A DNA stretch of 64,000 nucleotides from an uncultured cyanobacterium (GCA_963703315.1 OY969811.1:1984001-2048000); one strand, 5' to 3'; shown: positions 26,249 to 35,776, numbered from the stretch's first letter. Translations and numbers: made by a program. Notes: generated by a model not told the origin, from the letters alone.

Positions 26249-27970
26249 TTAAGCAGGTAAGGTGTAACGTTTTTCGATCGCGGTTTTAATGCGATCGCGA
26301 CTATCGTTAGGGGACAGATCTGGAGATGTTTCGATCTCGCTGACTTCAGCCGCTAAGGATTTATCCTTAATCGAGTTTTGCAACCACTTTGAGTAATCTT
26401 GCAGATGTAAATGATGTAGCCAAGTGCGATCATCTACGCCTTCAGCAAGTTGCATAAACATGATCAGGTTTTGCGCTTTAAGATTTAATTGGTTATCTTC
26501 ACCTCTAAAAAAGAAACAGCGATCGCTACCCAAGTTTCCTTCAGCATAGTTCCGCATATGCCGTTGGCGTTCTTGCAGAGGACGGATTACTTCAAATTGA
26601 AATGGCTGATCTTCAGTTTTGATAAACCAAGCCACTCCCGATCCTGAAGCCAGTTCTAAAGGAAGTGGCTCCTTAGGTATCTGATGTCCTACCGTGTTGC
26701 AAAAATCTGTAAAAGTCTGCATTGGTGACTTCACAGCAATCAATGTGTCAATCAAAGATAAAGCAGAGGTGGCTACGTGTTCAGGATGAACCGTTACCAT
26801 GAGAACACCATTGACTGATTGTGGCAAAGTTACCGATGCGTCCCAAGAAGATGGGAACATATGATGCACTTCATCAATGACAATCCAATGTGGTCGCCCA
26901 GTCCGCACCCGCATTTCTAATAGAGAAGGTAGTAGTTGCGCGAGAAATAACGGGCGATCATCAATTTTCACTCCCATTAAATTGACGATCAGATTTTGCT
27001 CTGGCTTACTTAAAACCGTTAACACTTCTGCGGAACTAGGAATCTGTTGAGCATTTCCTAAAATCACAGTCCGATCAAAGCTTTGATAATCTCCTTCGGG
27101 ATCAATAATACAAACCTGATAGCCCTTATCGATAAATCTTTCGATTAATCCTGTCGCTAAAGTTGATTTACCACCACCAGAGATTCCCGCCAGCAAAATA
27201 TTGCGGTTAAGGGGCTGAATATAGGTTTCGCGATCGCCTTCGAGATTACCCAAGACAATGCGATGTCGATCTGGCAAAATGGAAGACTCGCGCAGATCTT
27301 CGGTCAAATCTAGGGTTAACAATCTCTCAATTAATTCGATTACGCCATCACCGCGACTTGCTTCAGTCACCCAATCCACTTCACTCTTGACCGATGGTAG
27401 GGCGTTGGCAACGGCAACAGAAAACTCACATAGTTTTAGAAAAGCTAGATCATTCTCGGCATCACCGACTGCTACCGTATTACGGACAGATAAGCCCATT
27501 TTGTCGAGGGCTGCGCTTAGCCCTGAAGCCTTGTTAACTCCTGCGGGCAGAACCATTACCGCGCCTTTGTTAAAGATCACCTGTAGATCTAATCCCAGTT
27601 CTCTAATTACGGTAAGTACTTGGGTTTCGTTGGGTTCCCATGTTGCCACGATTACTTTACCGACCGAGAGGGGATCGATACTACGCGATCGCAAAGCATT
27701 GATAAATTTCTCAGGGGGTAACTCACCGAGCAGTAATTCTTCGCGAGTGGTAGGAAAGTAAATTACGGCTCCATTTTCAGCAACAACGCAATCGAATAGG
27801 CTAGTCTCAGGAAAGACTGCGATCAGATCTTCAAGTTGTCTACCTGTCACTAAGATCAGCTTGCGTCCTGATTTTTGGAGTCGCTTGAGAGCATCGAGAG
27901 TTGCCTCTGATACCTTTCCATCCTTCGCTAAGGTTCCATCGTAATCCGTGGCTAATATGAGATAATGCAT
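26249..27970 (-). CDS. HAD-IIB (Cof-like) phosphatase fused to a P-loop ATPase (DUF87/HerA-like)
   Basis: DYDGT, VTGR and GDAEND HAD motifs; Walker A GISGGGKST, IIDPEGDY, Walker B VIDEVHH. Confidence 0.85.
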   Translation of the reverse strand: MHYLILATDYDGTLAKDGKVSEATLDALKRLQKSGRKLILVTGRQLEDLIAVFPETSLFDCVVAENGAVIYFPTTREELLLGELPPEKFINALRSRSIDPLSVGKVIVATWEPNETQVLTVIRELGLDLQVIFNKGAVMVLPAGVNKASGLSAALDKMGLSVRNTVAVGDAENDLAFLKLCEFSVAVANALPSVKSEVDWVTEASRGDGVIELIERLLTLDLTEDLRESSILPDRHRIVLGNLEGDRETYIQPLNRNILLAGISGGGKSTLATGLIERFIDKGYQVCIIDPEGDYQSFDRTVILGNAQQIPSSAEVLTVLSKPEQNLIVNLMGVKIDDRPLFLAQLLPSLLEMRVRTGRPHWIVIDEVHHMFPSSWDASVTLPQSVNGVLMVTVHPEHVATSALSLIDTLIAVKSPMQTFTDFCNTVGHQIPKEPLPLELASGSGVAWFIKTEDQPFQFEVIRPLQERQRHMRNYAEGNLGSDRCFFFRGEDNQLNLKAQNLIMFMQLAEGVDDRTWLHHLHLQDYSKWLQNSIKDKSLAAEVSEIETSPDLSPNDSRDRIKTAIEKRYTLPA

Positions 27971-27979
27971 GAATTTAAA

Positions 27980-29386
27980 TTAATTTAAGGCAGCTTTGCC
28001 AGATTCAGGAGCGCGTAAATCATCTAGAGATAGGTTTGGAGTTTCTGTATAAACTGAGTCAAGTAAGACTTCTAAGACATCAGCATCACGGGAAATGGCG
28101 ATCGCCTGATGCGTGATTAATTCGCCAACATTGAGAATCACCTCATCATTGCGATCGAGGATAACGCGAGTGACAGGACGACCTAAAGCACCCTTAATTC
28201 TTCGATCTTCAATTGCTTGAGTGCCATGATCTTGGAGATTACTAGCAGTTTCCTTAACCTGCTCCCATAATCCTTTAGCACCGTCCTTAACCTGTTGCCC
28301 AACATTGGAACCAGTAACTCTCAAAGCATCACCTGTAGTTAGACCCACTGCTTCTAATAAAGCTTGTTCTTGATGATGAGTTTTTGCTCTTTCAAGTACT
28401 TTTGGAGTCACAATTTGACCTTCTACTGCCACAACTGAACCTTCAGGTGTGAAAATCATCTTGTTCACTCGCCGACCTTGCGCTTGCTCAAGTCCAATAT
28501 TTGCACCCATACCTGTCACCGCCCCTGTCAATTTTTCTCCTAACTTAGCAGTGGCACTTCCTCCTGCTGCATGATAGAGATCATTGGTCATATTCAGGTT
28601 CCGAGCTGCCAAGATATGTGATGAATTCACAACCTTTCCTTCCTGAATTAAAGTTATGCCATCGGTAGTTTCTACAGTTTTTTGAGCAACTTTTCCTAAT
28701 ACAAAAGTCTCTTGTTCTTCAGGATCAACAACCGCATTAGTAAAGCTAGTACCTGCAAATGTCGTCGCTTCTTGAAACTTATCGCCTGTGAATTGGGCAG
28801 CTTCTTGAGCTTTCTCACCTGTAAACTGAGCCATTTCCTGCACTTTGCCACCTGCCGTTTGCATAGCTCCTCTAATGCCACCAACTTGTTCTTGCATCAA
28901 GTCAGCAGTTTCCGAAGGCACAAAGGCAATATCTTCACCAATCTTCAGGGTGTCAGGAGCAGGCACAAAGGAACGCCCAGAATAAGCATCGGCAAAGATG
29001 CCGCCCGATACTTCATACCCTTCGATCGCACCAGTAGTGTCATCAAAATAAAGGTCAAGCATTGTTCCCAAATCACGACCATCAAGGGTCATAATTCTTG
29101 TGCCTTTCAAGATATTATCTCTTTCTAAAATACTTTGCATTGCAGGAAATTCTTGAGCCGAGGCGATCGCCTCTCTAGAAGCGACAATGACGGCATCAGC
29201 ACCGATCGCCTGAATATTTGTTAAAGGCAGTACCAATGCATTACTAAACCAACCACCTTCATCCACAAGAAAGCCTAATAATTGATTACTCTCTTGATCA
29301 AAAATCAAGTCTACAATTGTTCTAAATTCTTCCCCAGAGTCATAAGCAACTATAGGTTTCCCAATCATCCCTTTACCGTTACGCAT
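27980..29386 (-). CDS. PRC-barrel domain protein
   Basis: Two PRC-barrel-like repeats (IGKPIV..GE...IVDLIFD; KGTRIMTLDGRDLGTMLDLYFD); GGAG RBS. Confidence 0.85.
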   Translation of the reverse strand: MRNGKGMIGKPIVAYDSGEEFRTIVDLIFDQESNQLLGFLVDEGGWFSNALVLPLTNIQAIGADAVIVASREAIASAQEFPAMQSILERDNILKGTRIMTLDGRDLGTMLDLYFDDTTGAIEGYEVSGGIFADAYSGRSFVPAPDTLKIGEDIAFVPSETADLMQEQVGGIRGAMQTAGGKVQEMAQFTGEKAQEAAQFTGDKFQEATTFAGTSFTNAVVDPEEQETFVLGKVAQKTVETTDGITLIQEGKVVNSSHILAARNLNMTNDLYHAAGGSATAKLGEKLTGAVTGMGANIGLEQAQGRRVNKMIFTPEGSVVAVEGQIVTPKVLERAKTHHQEQALLEAVGLTTGDALRVTGSNVGQQVKDGAKGLWEQVKETASNLQDHGTQAIEDRRIKGALGRPVTRVILDRNDEVILNVGELITHQAIAISRDADVLEVLLDSVYTETPNLSLDDLRAPESGKAALN

Positions 29387-29417
29387 TTCATTCTCCTAAA
29401 TTTGGTGAAAGTCAACC

Positions 29418-29612
29418 TTAATTGACTGCTTTGTTATTAGTTTTTACAGGTTGGCTAGTAGAGGTATTTCTTACTTCAGTCTCTTTGCCAAAATTAGGAA
29501 CAAGATCAATTACTCCAAAGTATTCCAATGCGACGAATCCAGCCGCAGCTACCAACATAGCCACGCCAGTATATAAAGCCGAATTACTTTTCTTTCCTAC
29601 AAGTCTGGGCAT
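29418..29612 (-). CDS. Small single-TM protein (paralog of 30345..30512)
   Basis: MPRLVGKKSNS...ALEYFGVIDLVPNFG. Confidence 0.75.
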   Translation of the reverse strand: MPRLVGKKSNSALYTGVAMLVAAAGFVALEYFGVIDLVPNFGKETEVRNTSTSQPVKTNNKAVN

Positions 29613-29670
29613 ATATTTTTCCTCGCAAGTTATTGTCACATAGAGAAATTCCAAACTTCTCTATGTCCAT

Positions 29671-29722
29671 ACCATTACAGAAGAGTGTTTAGTTTTTTGA
29701 GTGATTTGATTGAATTGATTTA
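29671..29722 (-). promoter_or_regulatory. Island promoter motif copy
   Basis: Minus strand TAAATCAATTCAATCAAATCACTCAAAAAACTAAACACTCTTCTGTAATGGT. Confidence 0.6.
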
Positions 29723-29819
29723 CTATGCAATAAAGTGTTACAAAACTTACTTCTATTCATACCCAAGAACAGATGAGGTGCTTTGCACCTCATCTGTTCT
29801 TGGGCTTCACTATCTATGA

Positions 29820-30305
29820 TTACGGTGTTGTTAGAACGGCTTGTAGTTTTGCCTCATCTTCATTAGATAAAGAAGTTTTCAGGACTTTGCCCTTAAATCT
29901 ACTGAGATCTTCTAATACTTTGTCAGGAGTAGCTCTTCTCACCAGTACAAAAATAGCCGAGGTGTTAGGTTCAATCGTACTGCCCACTTCGCGGATAAAG
30001 TTATCATCGATTCCAATATCTGACAATGCTCCAGAAATCCCGCCCGCGATCGCGCCAACTGCCCAACCCAAAAGAGGATTAAAAAAGATGAAACCAAATA
30101 GTAAACCCCAAAAACCTCCACTTAAGGCTCCAGCAGTGGTCAGTTCCTGAGTCTGTTTAATCTTTACTTTTCCGTCCTTATCTCTAATCACGACGGCGGC
30201 ATCTTCTAAATCAATTAGATGCTCTTTTTGAAGCTTTCGGAGTTCCAGTAAAACTGCGTCAGCAGTGAATTCATCTTTAAAGCCAACAGCAATTAGACTA
30301 CTCAT
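29820..30305 (-). CDS. DUF1269 family membrane protein
   Basis: LIDLEDAAVV..DKDGKVKIKQ...GALSGGFWG...DIGIDDNFI...TSLS. Confidence 0.9.
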   Translation of the reverse strand: MSSLIAVGFKDEFTADAVLLELRKLQKEHLIDLEDAAVVIRDKDGKVKIKQTQELTTAGALSGGFWGLLFGFIFFNPLLGWAVGAIAGGISGALSDIGIDDNFIREVGSTIEPNTSAIFVLVRRATPDKVLEDLSRFKGKVLKTSLSNEDEAKLQAVLTTP

Positions 30306-30344
30306 TCATTTCTCCAGTTATAACTTTTTAATTGATTAGATTGG

Positions 30345-30512
30345 TTATTTTCGATAGGTTTGGCTAGTAGAAACTTCAGGTTTCTGTCCAAAATCATAAA
30401 TCAAGTCAACCACTCCAAAATACTCCAAGGCTATAGCTCCAGCCGCAGCTATAAGCAAACTAAAGCCAAGATATACAGTAGAATTGTTTCTCTTTCCGAC
30501 AAGTCTAGACAT
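30345..30512 (-). CDS. Small single-TM protein (paralog of 29418..29612)
   Basis: MSRLVGKRNNS...ALEYFGVVDLIYDFG. Confidence 0.75.
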   Translation of the reverse strand: MSRLVGKRNNSTVYLGFSLLIAAAGAIALEYFGVVDLIYDFGQKPEVSTSQTYRK

Positions 30513-30638
30513 TATGTTTCCTTGCAATCAATACTTGCCTGAAGAACTCTATAGCTTTCGCCATTTGTATTAGGAAAAATCAAAATCCTAGAAGAGAGTG
30601 GCAGCGCTTCGCGCTGCCACTCTCTTCTGGTTTTATAT

Positions 30639-31115
30639 TTAGGATTTAACTTTGTTTTTGATGGATTTAGCAGTGTCAGATGCTTTATCAGTTAAAGATT
30701 TAAGAGCATCGCCAGCCTTGTCTTTTACATAATTAGCTGCATCACCAGCCTTGTCTAAAGTGTCATCTTTAGCAGAGTTCATCTTGTCACTAGCTTTATC
30801 AAAAGCTTTTTCTACCTGCTTCACAACAGGTGGTGTATCTTCATTAGAACTTCGCTTCATTTTGTCAAAATCAGAGGTTCCTTGAATCTCATTTAGACCT
30901 TGATTTGATACATCATCAGACGTATATTCCTGATTTGTATCGTAAGTACTGCCCTTTACTGCATCTTCAGCTTTTTTCTGAATGTTAGGCATAGTCAGGT
31001 TGTCAATGATTTGATTGTCCTGAGATGCGATCGCTGGAGCAATGTTAGCAAAAGCAATTAACCCACAGACAACAATCATGACTACAAATCGCTTCAGAAA
31101 TTGAGTAAGCTTCAT
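30639..31115 (-). CDS. Exported LEA-like / low-temperature-induced-type protein
   Basis: Signal peptide; GLNEIQG..D.DKM motif; 11-mer K/D/A-rich repeats; GGAGG RBS before ATG 31115. Confidence 0.75.
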   Translation of the reverse strand: MKLTQFLKRFVVMIVVCGLIAFANIAPAIASQDNQIIDNLTMPNIQKKAEDAVKGSTYDTNQEYTSDDVSNQGLNEIQGTSDFDKMKRSSNEDTPPVVKQVEKAFDKASDKMNSAKDDTLDKAGDAANYVKDKAGDALKSLTDKASDTAKSIKNKVKS

Positions 31116-31164
31116 AGAATTTCCTCCTAATTTAATTAATAATTGGAAATTGTTTCCTACAAAC

Positions 31165-31207
31165 ACAATTGCAAATCAATGTTTGATTTTGAGAATGAGT
31201 TGATTGA
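31165..31207 (-). promoter_or_regulatory. Island promoter motif copy
   Basis: Minus strand TCAATCAACTCATTCTCAAAATCAAACATTGATTTGCAATTGT. Confidence 0.65.
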
Positions 31208-31291
31208 TTACGAAATAAACTGTAATAGCAACTTTGGAGTTTGTGAGGGCGCAGCTTCGCCGCGCCCTCACTCAAAGACCTAATGGCAAGT

Positions 31292-31498
31292 TTATGAAAC
31301 TGGAACTACACCTGAGGCAATAATGCCCCAAAAATGTAGAACACCTTGATGCGTAAATAATTCGATCGCGATCGCTGAGACAAATCCAATCATCGCGAGA
31401 CGACCGTTCCAGAGTTCAGCTTGGGGTGTAAATCCTCTAATCCAAGCATTGCGCTGCATAACCTTTGCAGCTTCAGCTTGAGGGGTATTGGTTTGCAT
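31292..31498 (-). CDS. hli: High-light-inducible protein (HLIP / CAB-like)
   Basis: GFTPQAELWNGRLAMIGF chlorophyll-binding motif; GGAG RBS before ATG 31498. Confidence 0.9.
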   Translation of the reverse strand: MQTNTPQAEAAKVMQRNAWIRGFTPQAELWNGRLAMIGFVSAIAIELFTHQGVLHFWGIIASGVVPVS

Positions 31499-31580
31499 AG
31501 TAGTTCTCCAAAAAATTGTTGTGCAAAGTGAATAATTAGCCATGAAGTGCGGCGAAGTCGCACTTCATGGCTAATGGGAT

Positions 31581-32042
31581 CTATTGAGAGGCAACTGTTG
31601 CTTTAATCGTGACGGTTTTAACACCCTTGATTTCCATTGCCAAACTTTTGATTTTAGTAAGATCATTTAGTAAAGGAACGGTTCCTGACACAACAACATT
31701 TGCATCTTTAGACTCTATGGTGAGATTGCCTTTGGGGATATTCGCTTCCAACTTGCTCCGAACTTCACTAGCCAGATCAGTATCGGGGCGTTTGGTTTTG
31801 TCACCCATTGCATCATTGCGTTGTTCACGGGCGCGAATATCTGATTCCAATTGTTTTTTACGAGTTTCACTTTGAGCGTCATCTATAGCCGCTTGAGTGT
31901 TTTGAGGGGAGGTCGTCGGGCTGCTAGTGCTATAGGTTGCATTAGGTGCAGGAGCTTCTGCGGTAGTTCTGGCATCGGTGCAAGATACTAATGTGACTAA
32001 AATAAAACTAGTTGCTAGAAGTGATGTAATTTTTGTATTCAT
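31581..32042 (-). CDS. BON-domain lipoprotein
   Basis: LVSC lipobox; D.DLASEVRSKL...VVVSGTVP...EIKGVKTV. Confidence 0.85.
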   Translation of the reverse strand: MNTKITSLLATSFILVTLVSCTDARTTAEAPAPNATYSTSSPTTSPQNTQAAIDDAQSETRKKQLESDIRAREQRNDAMGDKTKRPDTDLASEVRSKLEANIPKGNLTIESKDANVVVSGTVPLLNDLTKIKSLAMEIKGVKTVTIKATVASQ

Positions 32043-32075
32043 GGAAGAAATTCCTCAATTTATGAAAGTCATCAA

Positions 32076-32175
32076 AGTAGAAGCAATAGGCATAAGTACA
32101 CTAAAACCCTAGAAACTTGTTCCGCCCGCGTAGCGGGCGGAACAAGTTTCTAGGGTTTTGAGTTTGGGCTACTTA
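32076..32175. mobile_element. AAGTAG-family MITE with a CCCG-CGTAG-CGGG hairpin
   Basis: AAGTAG...AAAACCCTAGAAACTTGTTCCGCCCG-CGTAG-CGGGCGGAACAAGTTTCTAGGGTTTT...GCTACTTA; related to 35777..35878 and 26195..26251. Confidence 0.7.
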
Positions 32176-32760
32176 TCGCAAAGAGGCTGTGCTTGTTCTA
32201 CTAGAAGTATTTTTAGAATCGTAAATACCCCATTCATTGATGCCGTGACGTTGGAAAATCACCTCAGCTTGGCGAATCTCTTGATCAGAACCATCAACCA
32301 TCACTAAATAATCTCCCTGCTCTACGCGATCGCTATAGACTGCGGCACGGTCTTTGGGAATACCCAAACCAACTAAGCCACCAATGAGAGTACCTGCGGC
32401 TGCACCGATCGCTCCACCAGTGAGAGTTGTCGCTAAAGCCGTAGCCGCCGCACCAGCGAACATGATAGGACCAACCCCTGGGATTGCCACTAGCCCCAAA
32501 CCCACCAACAAGCCAGTTAGTCCACCAACTGCACCACCAGAAGCCGCACCTGTAGCCGCACCTTCACCAGCTTTATTATCCAGATCATTGAGGTGTTTGC
32601 CCTGTTGTGCGCCAGCCATATCAGAATTTCGATTAACATGATTACCGATGATCGAAATTTGATCCATATTAAATCCGCTATCTCTTAACTCATTGAGGCT
32701 AAGTTTAGCTTCTTCATGATTAGAGAATGTCCCTGTAGCACGCTTATTTTGTCCACTCAT
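32173..32760 (-). CDS. General stress protein (YflT/17M-like domain with a glycine zipper)
   Basis: GTFSN..EA...L...GF...QISII; GAATGAASGG...AIPGVGP...GLGIP..RA..Y...V..G.YLV.V. Confidence 0.85.
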   Translation of the reverse strand: MSGQNKRATGTFSNHEEAKLSLNELRDSGFNMDQISIIGNHVNRNSDMAGAQQGKHLNDLDNKAGEGAATGAASGGAVGGLTGLLVGLGLVAIPGVGPIMFAGAAATALATTLTGGAIGAAAGTLIGGLVGLGIPKDRAAVYSDRVEQGDYLVMVDGSDQEIRQAEVIFQRHGINEWGIYDSKNTSSRTSTASLR

Positions 32761-32884
32761 AATCTTTTACTCCGTAAATAAATTGATGTTTTTTAGCGCT
32801 TTTAAACAAGCGAGGTATAGAGGAGTGTTTCTCCACTTTCTGAAGAGAAACACTCCTCTATAAATTACTTCTGGGTAACAGGAG

Positions 32885-33592
32885 TTACTTAGAAGCTGAT
32901 TTAGATGAATGATTTAGTGGATCTGCAATGTACTCAAAGTCAGGCTCTGAATTCCAAGAACCTCTTTCGTCTTTACCACTGCCGTCAGTTGATAGGTTGT
33001 AGTAAAGCTTCACAGTTTCGTCAGGTTGAATATTCCCAAAGAAAGGATCAGTTAACTTGTCGAGAGAATCCAAAGCTTTCATGAACATCTGCGTATGAGA
33101 AATCTCTCTAGTCAGCAGGTGATGTAATGTTTTTAAAGTCCCATCATCTGTTGCGAGTTTAATCAGAGATTCGTAGGTTTGCCGAGCGCCAGCCTCAGCA
33201 GCAATGTTGGCTCTGAGGTCACGCACTACATCACCACCTTCATTTAGGTAGTTGGCAGACCAAGCACTCCCTTGACTATCAAGAAAGTGTGGTCCCATAC
33301 CTTTTACTGCAAAAAGAGTACTTTTATAGGCTTCAGTTTGATCAACATCCTTAGTATGGATTTCAATCAGCTTGCCTACCATTTCTAAGTGACCAAACTC
33401 TTCAATAGCAATGTCTTGTAACATATCTTTGATGCCTGGCAGCTCAATATGAAATGACTGCACCCAGTATTGTAAAGCTGCGGAAAGCTCTCCTGTTGCT
33501 CCACCAAATTGTTCTAGTAAGAGTTGGGCAAAACGAGGATCAGCCTTATCAACTTGAACAGTGTGAATGGGATCTTTCTTATGAAAAAACAT
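32885..33592 (-). CDS. katB: Manganese catalase (KatB-type)
   Basis: LLLEQFGGATGELSAALQY, DIAIEEFGHLE, NIAAEAGAR and REISH motifs; resembles Anabaena KatB as I recall it. Confidence 0.9.
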   Translation of the reverse strand: MFFHKKDPIHTVQVDKADPRFAQLLLEQFGGATGELSAALQYWVQSFHIELPGIKDMLQDIAIEEFGHLEMVGKLIEIHTKDVDQTEAYKSTLFAVKGMGPHFLDSQGSAWSANYLNEGGDVVRDLRANIAAEAGARQTYESLIKLATDDGTLKTLHHLLTREISHTQMFMKALDSLDKLTDPFFGNIQPDETVKLYYNLSTDGSGKDERGSWNSEPDFEYIADPLNHSSKSASK

Positions 33593-33683
33593 AATTTAAC
33601 ACTCAATTATTTTTGTGTAATTTATGTGGAATATCAATTAGCAATTTACTCACTGCAACTACCTTTACACTTGAATGTCATAA

Positions 33684-33726
33684 ATCATGTATAGGCAAAT
33701 ATAAAAAACTGAATGAATTGTGTGAA
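33684..33726 (-). promoter_or_regulatory. Island promoter motif copy (spacing off by 1) upstream of katB
   Basis: Minus strand TTCACACAATTCATTCAGTTTTTTATATTTGCCTATACATGAT. Confidence 0.45.
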
Positions 33727-34015
33727 ATGGGTTAAAAGTATTTAAATTGTTACAGTAAACACTTTTATAGCCTATTGATATTTTATGTTGTATGAAAAGA
33801 TTTTAAATGTGGGGCGAAGTGTCACTTCTAAAAGCTTTCTGGGTTTCAAGTCAATGCAAATTTCTGCCTTCTCTAAAGGTATTTAGATACCTCTTTAGAG
33901 ATAGTTGTCACAAATATAATTAGAAAATAAAATAAATACAATAAACATTTTTTAATCTGGTCACAGTTTTAAAAGCTTGAAGATTTTATAGTAAAGATTT
34001 ATTTACTTTTAGCGC

Positions 34016-34072
34016 AATTCAATCAAGTTATACACTGCTTAAACACGAGATCAAACAATTGACTGTTAGATT
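34016..34072 (+). promoter_or_regulatory. Island promoter motif copy upstream of the LEA-like gene
   Basis: AATTCAATCAAG...CACGAGATCAAACAATTGACTGTTAGATT. Confidence 0.55.
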
Positions 34073-34116
34073 TGATTTTGACTGATGAACTGCATACCAA
34101 ATGTTAGGTGAAACAA

Positions 34117-34692
34117 ATGACTAAGATATTAGACAAGAAAAATGATCATAATTTCAATAGTCCTGTTACTGCGCTACTAAATGGCGTTAAGAAAGGACTT
34201 CTTTTCGCTATTGGATTCGCTGTGGTTTTGATGTTGCAAGTTAACTTTTTTAGTTCTGGAGCAAGCGCATCGCCTTTGGCTGGAATGTTCGGTAATAAAG
34301 TTGACGAGATGACCCAAGGTGTCAAAACAGACATGGCGATCGACAAAGCCGCAGGTATCACCAAGGAAATCGGTCGCGATCTTCGTGATGGTAGAACTGA
34401 CAAGGTAATTGATAAACTCGCGGACACCTCCAAAGACTTTGCCAAGGAAGCAGGAAATCGCGCTAAGGAATTAGCCAAAAATGTCAAGGAAGGTACTAAG
34501 GAAAATCTTGGCAAAGCGAAGGAAGTCGCTAAGGAGGCCAAAGCCAAAATCGGTGATGGTGTAGACAGTGCTAAGGAAATGGCAGGCGATCGCACCAATG
34601 AACTTAAAGATGGAGCCAAAGACTTACCTGAAAAAGCTGGTAACAAAGTCGATGAAGCGATCGATTCTGTCAAAAACTTCTTAGGACAGTAG
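34117..34692 (+). CDS. LEA-like (late embryogenesis abundant) repeat protein
   Basis: Signal/TM segment followed by 11-mer A/K/E/D-rich amphipathic repeats. Confidence 0.75.
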   Translation: MTKILDKKNDHNFNSPVTALLNGVKKGLLFAIGFAVVLMLQVNFFSSGASASPLAGMFGNKVDEMTQGVKTDMAIDKAAGITKEIGRDLRDGRTDKVIDKLADTSKDFAKEAGNRAKELAKNVKEGTKENLGKAKEVAKEAKAKIGDGVDSAKEMAGDRTNELKDGAKDLPEKAGNKVDEAIDSVKNFLGQ

Positions 34693-34781
34693 ATTCAGTC
34701 GAGATTACAGTCAAGATTTTGATTTTCCATTTTGCCTACAGCAAAATGGAAATCGCTAGATAAATAAATAGAGAGAAATAT

Positions 34782-35030
34782 ATGACATTCATTTGGTTTA
34801 TTCTGATCGGGCTAATTGCAGGTGCTTTAGCTGGACAAATCGTTCGCGGTGGTGGATACGGTATTGTTGGCGATATCGTTGTCGGCGTTATTGGTGCATT
34901 GTTAGGAGGATTCCTATTCAGTACCTTTGGTGTTTCCACAGGTGGAGGCTTGCTAGGTAGCTTGATTGTGGCAACTATTGGCGCAGTGGTTCTACTATAC
35001 GGGATTCGCTTGGTAAACAAAGCTTCCTAA
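34782..35030 (+). CDS. GlsB/YeaQ/YmgE family stress-response membrane protein
   Basis: IGLIAGALAG....GIVGDIVVGVIGALLGG...IVATIGAVVLL. Confidence 0.9.
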   Translation: MTFIWFILIGLIAGALAGQIVRGGGYGIVGDIVVGVIGALLGGFLFSTFGVSTGGGLLGSLIVATIGAVVLLYGIRLVNKAS

Positions 35031-35106
35031 TTTAAATGTCAGGATATACGTTACTTTGCAACGTATATCCTGAATCAATTATCAAGTATTTAAAGGATAG
35101 AAGATC

Positions 35107-35610
35107 ATGAATAACAGAAAAAATATGAACCCCGACAATCAAACTGATGCAAATCTTGATCCAATTTCTGGAGAAACTGGATCGCATCCTGTCGGTACAG
35201 GTGTAGGAGCCGCAGGTGCTGGTACTGTCGCCACAGTCATCGGTGGTGCTGTTGGTGGTCCCGTTGGCGCGGTAGTTGGTGCAGTAATTGGCTCCGTAGT
35301 TGGCGGTTTGGCTGGTAAGGATGTGGCTGAGCAAGTTAATCCTAGCTTTGAAGAAAACAATTGGCAGGAGACCTATACTTCTAGCACTTATGTTGATTCA
35401 GACAAAACCTACGAAGACTATCAACCTGCCTATCGCACTGGCTATGAAGGCTACGATCGCTATGGTCATAGTGGGCGCACTTACAGTGAAGTTGAGACAG
35501 ATTTACAGCGTGATTATCAAACAAATCAGACTGGAAGTTTACCTTGGGAACAAGCTAAACACGCAGTAAAAGATGCATGGGATCGCGCTGCTACCGCAAT
35601 TCGACGCTAA
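35107..35610 (+). CDS. Glycine-zipper protein with a YxDYQPAY stress domain
   Basis: HPVGTGVGAAG..GGAVGGPVGAVVGAVIG zipper; C-terminal domain paralogous to 11784..12080. Confidence 0.8.
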   Translation: MNNRKNMNPDNQTDANLDPISGETGSHPVGTGVGAAGAGTVATVIGGAVGGPVGAVVGAVIGSVVGGLAGKDVAEQVNPSFEENNWQETYTSSTYVDSDKTYEDYQPAYRTGYEGYDRYGHSGRTYSEVETDLQRDYQTNQTGSLPWEQAKHAVKDAWDRAATAIRR

Positions 35611-35703
35611 GAACAAATTTTGAAAGCGCGGCGAAGCCGCGCTTTCAAAATTTGTATTAGAAACAAAGTGTAATAGAACTTATGTTCTATTACACTTTGT
35701 TTC
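35607..35703. repeat. Two tandem palindromes (CGAAG loop; TTAT loop) starting at the stop codon
   Basis: ACAAATTTTGAAAGCGCGG-CGAAG-CCGCGCTTTCAAAATTTGT; GAAACAAAGTGTAATAGAAC-TTAT-GTTCTATTACACTTTGTTTC. Confidence 0.8.
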
Positions 35704-35716
35704 GTAGTAAAGCAAG

Positions 35717-35759
35717 TTCATCATGTCACTCAGGTAGTTGGACACGCCAATGTCATGAT
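35717..35759 (+). promoter_or_regulatory. Island promoter motif copy upstream of the hemerythrin gene
   Basis: TTCATCATGTCACTCAGGTAGTTGGACACGCCAATGTCATGAT. Confidence 0.45.
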
Positions 35760-35776
35760 TTTTACTATAGAGAAGT

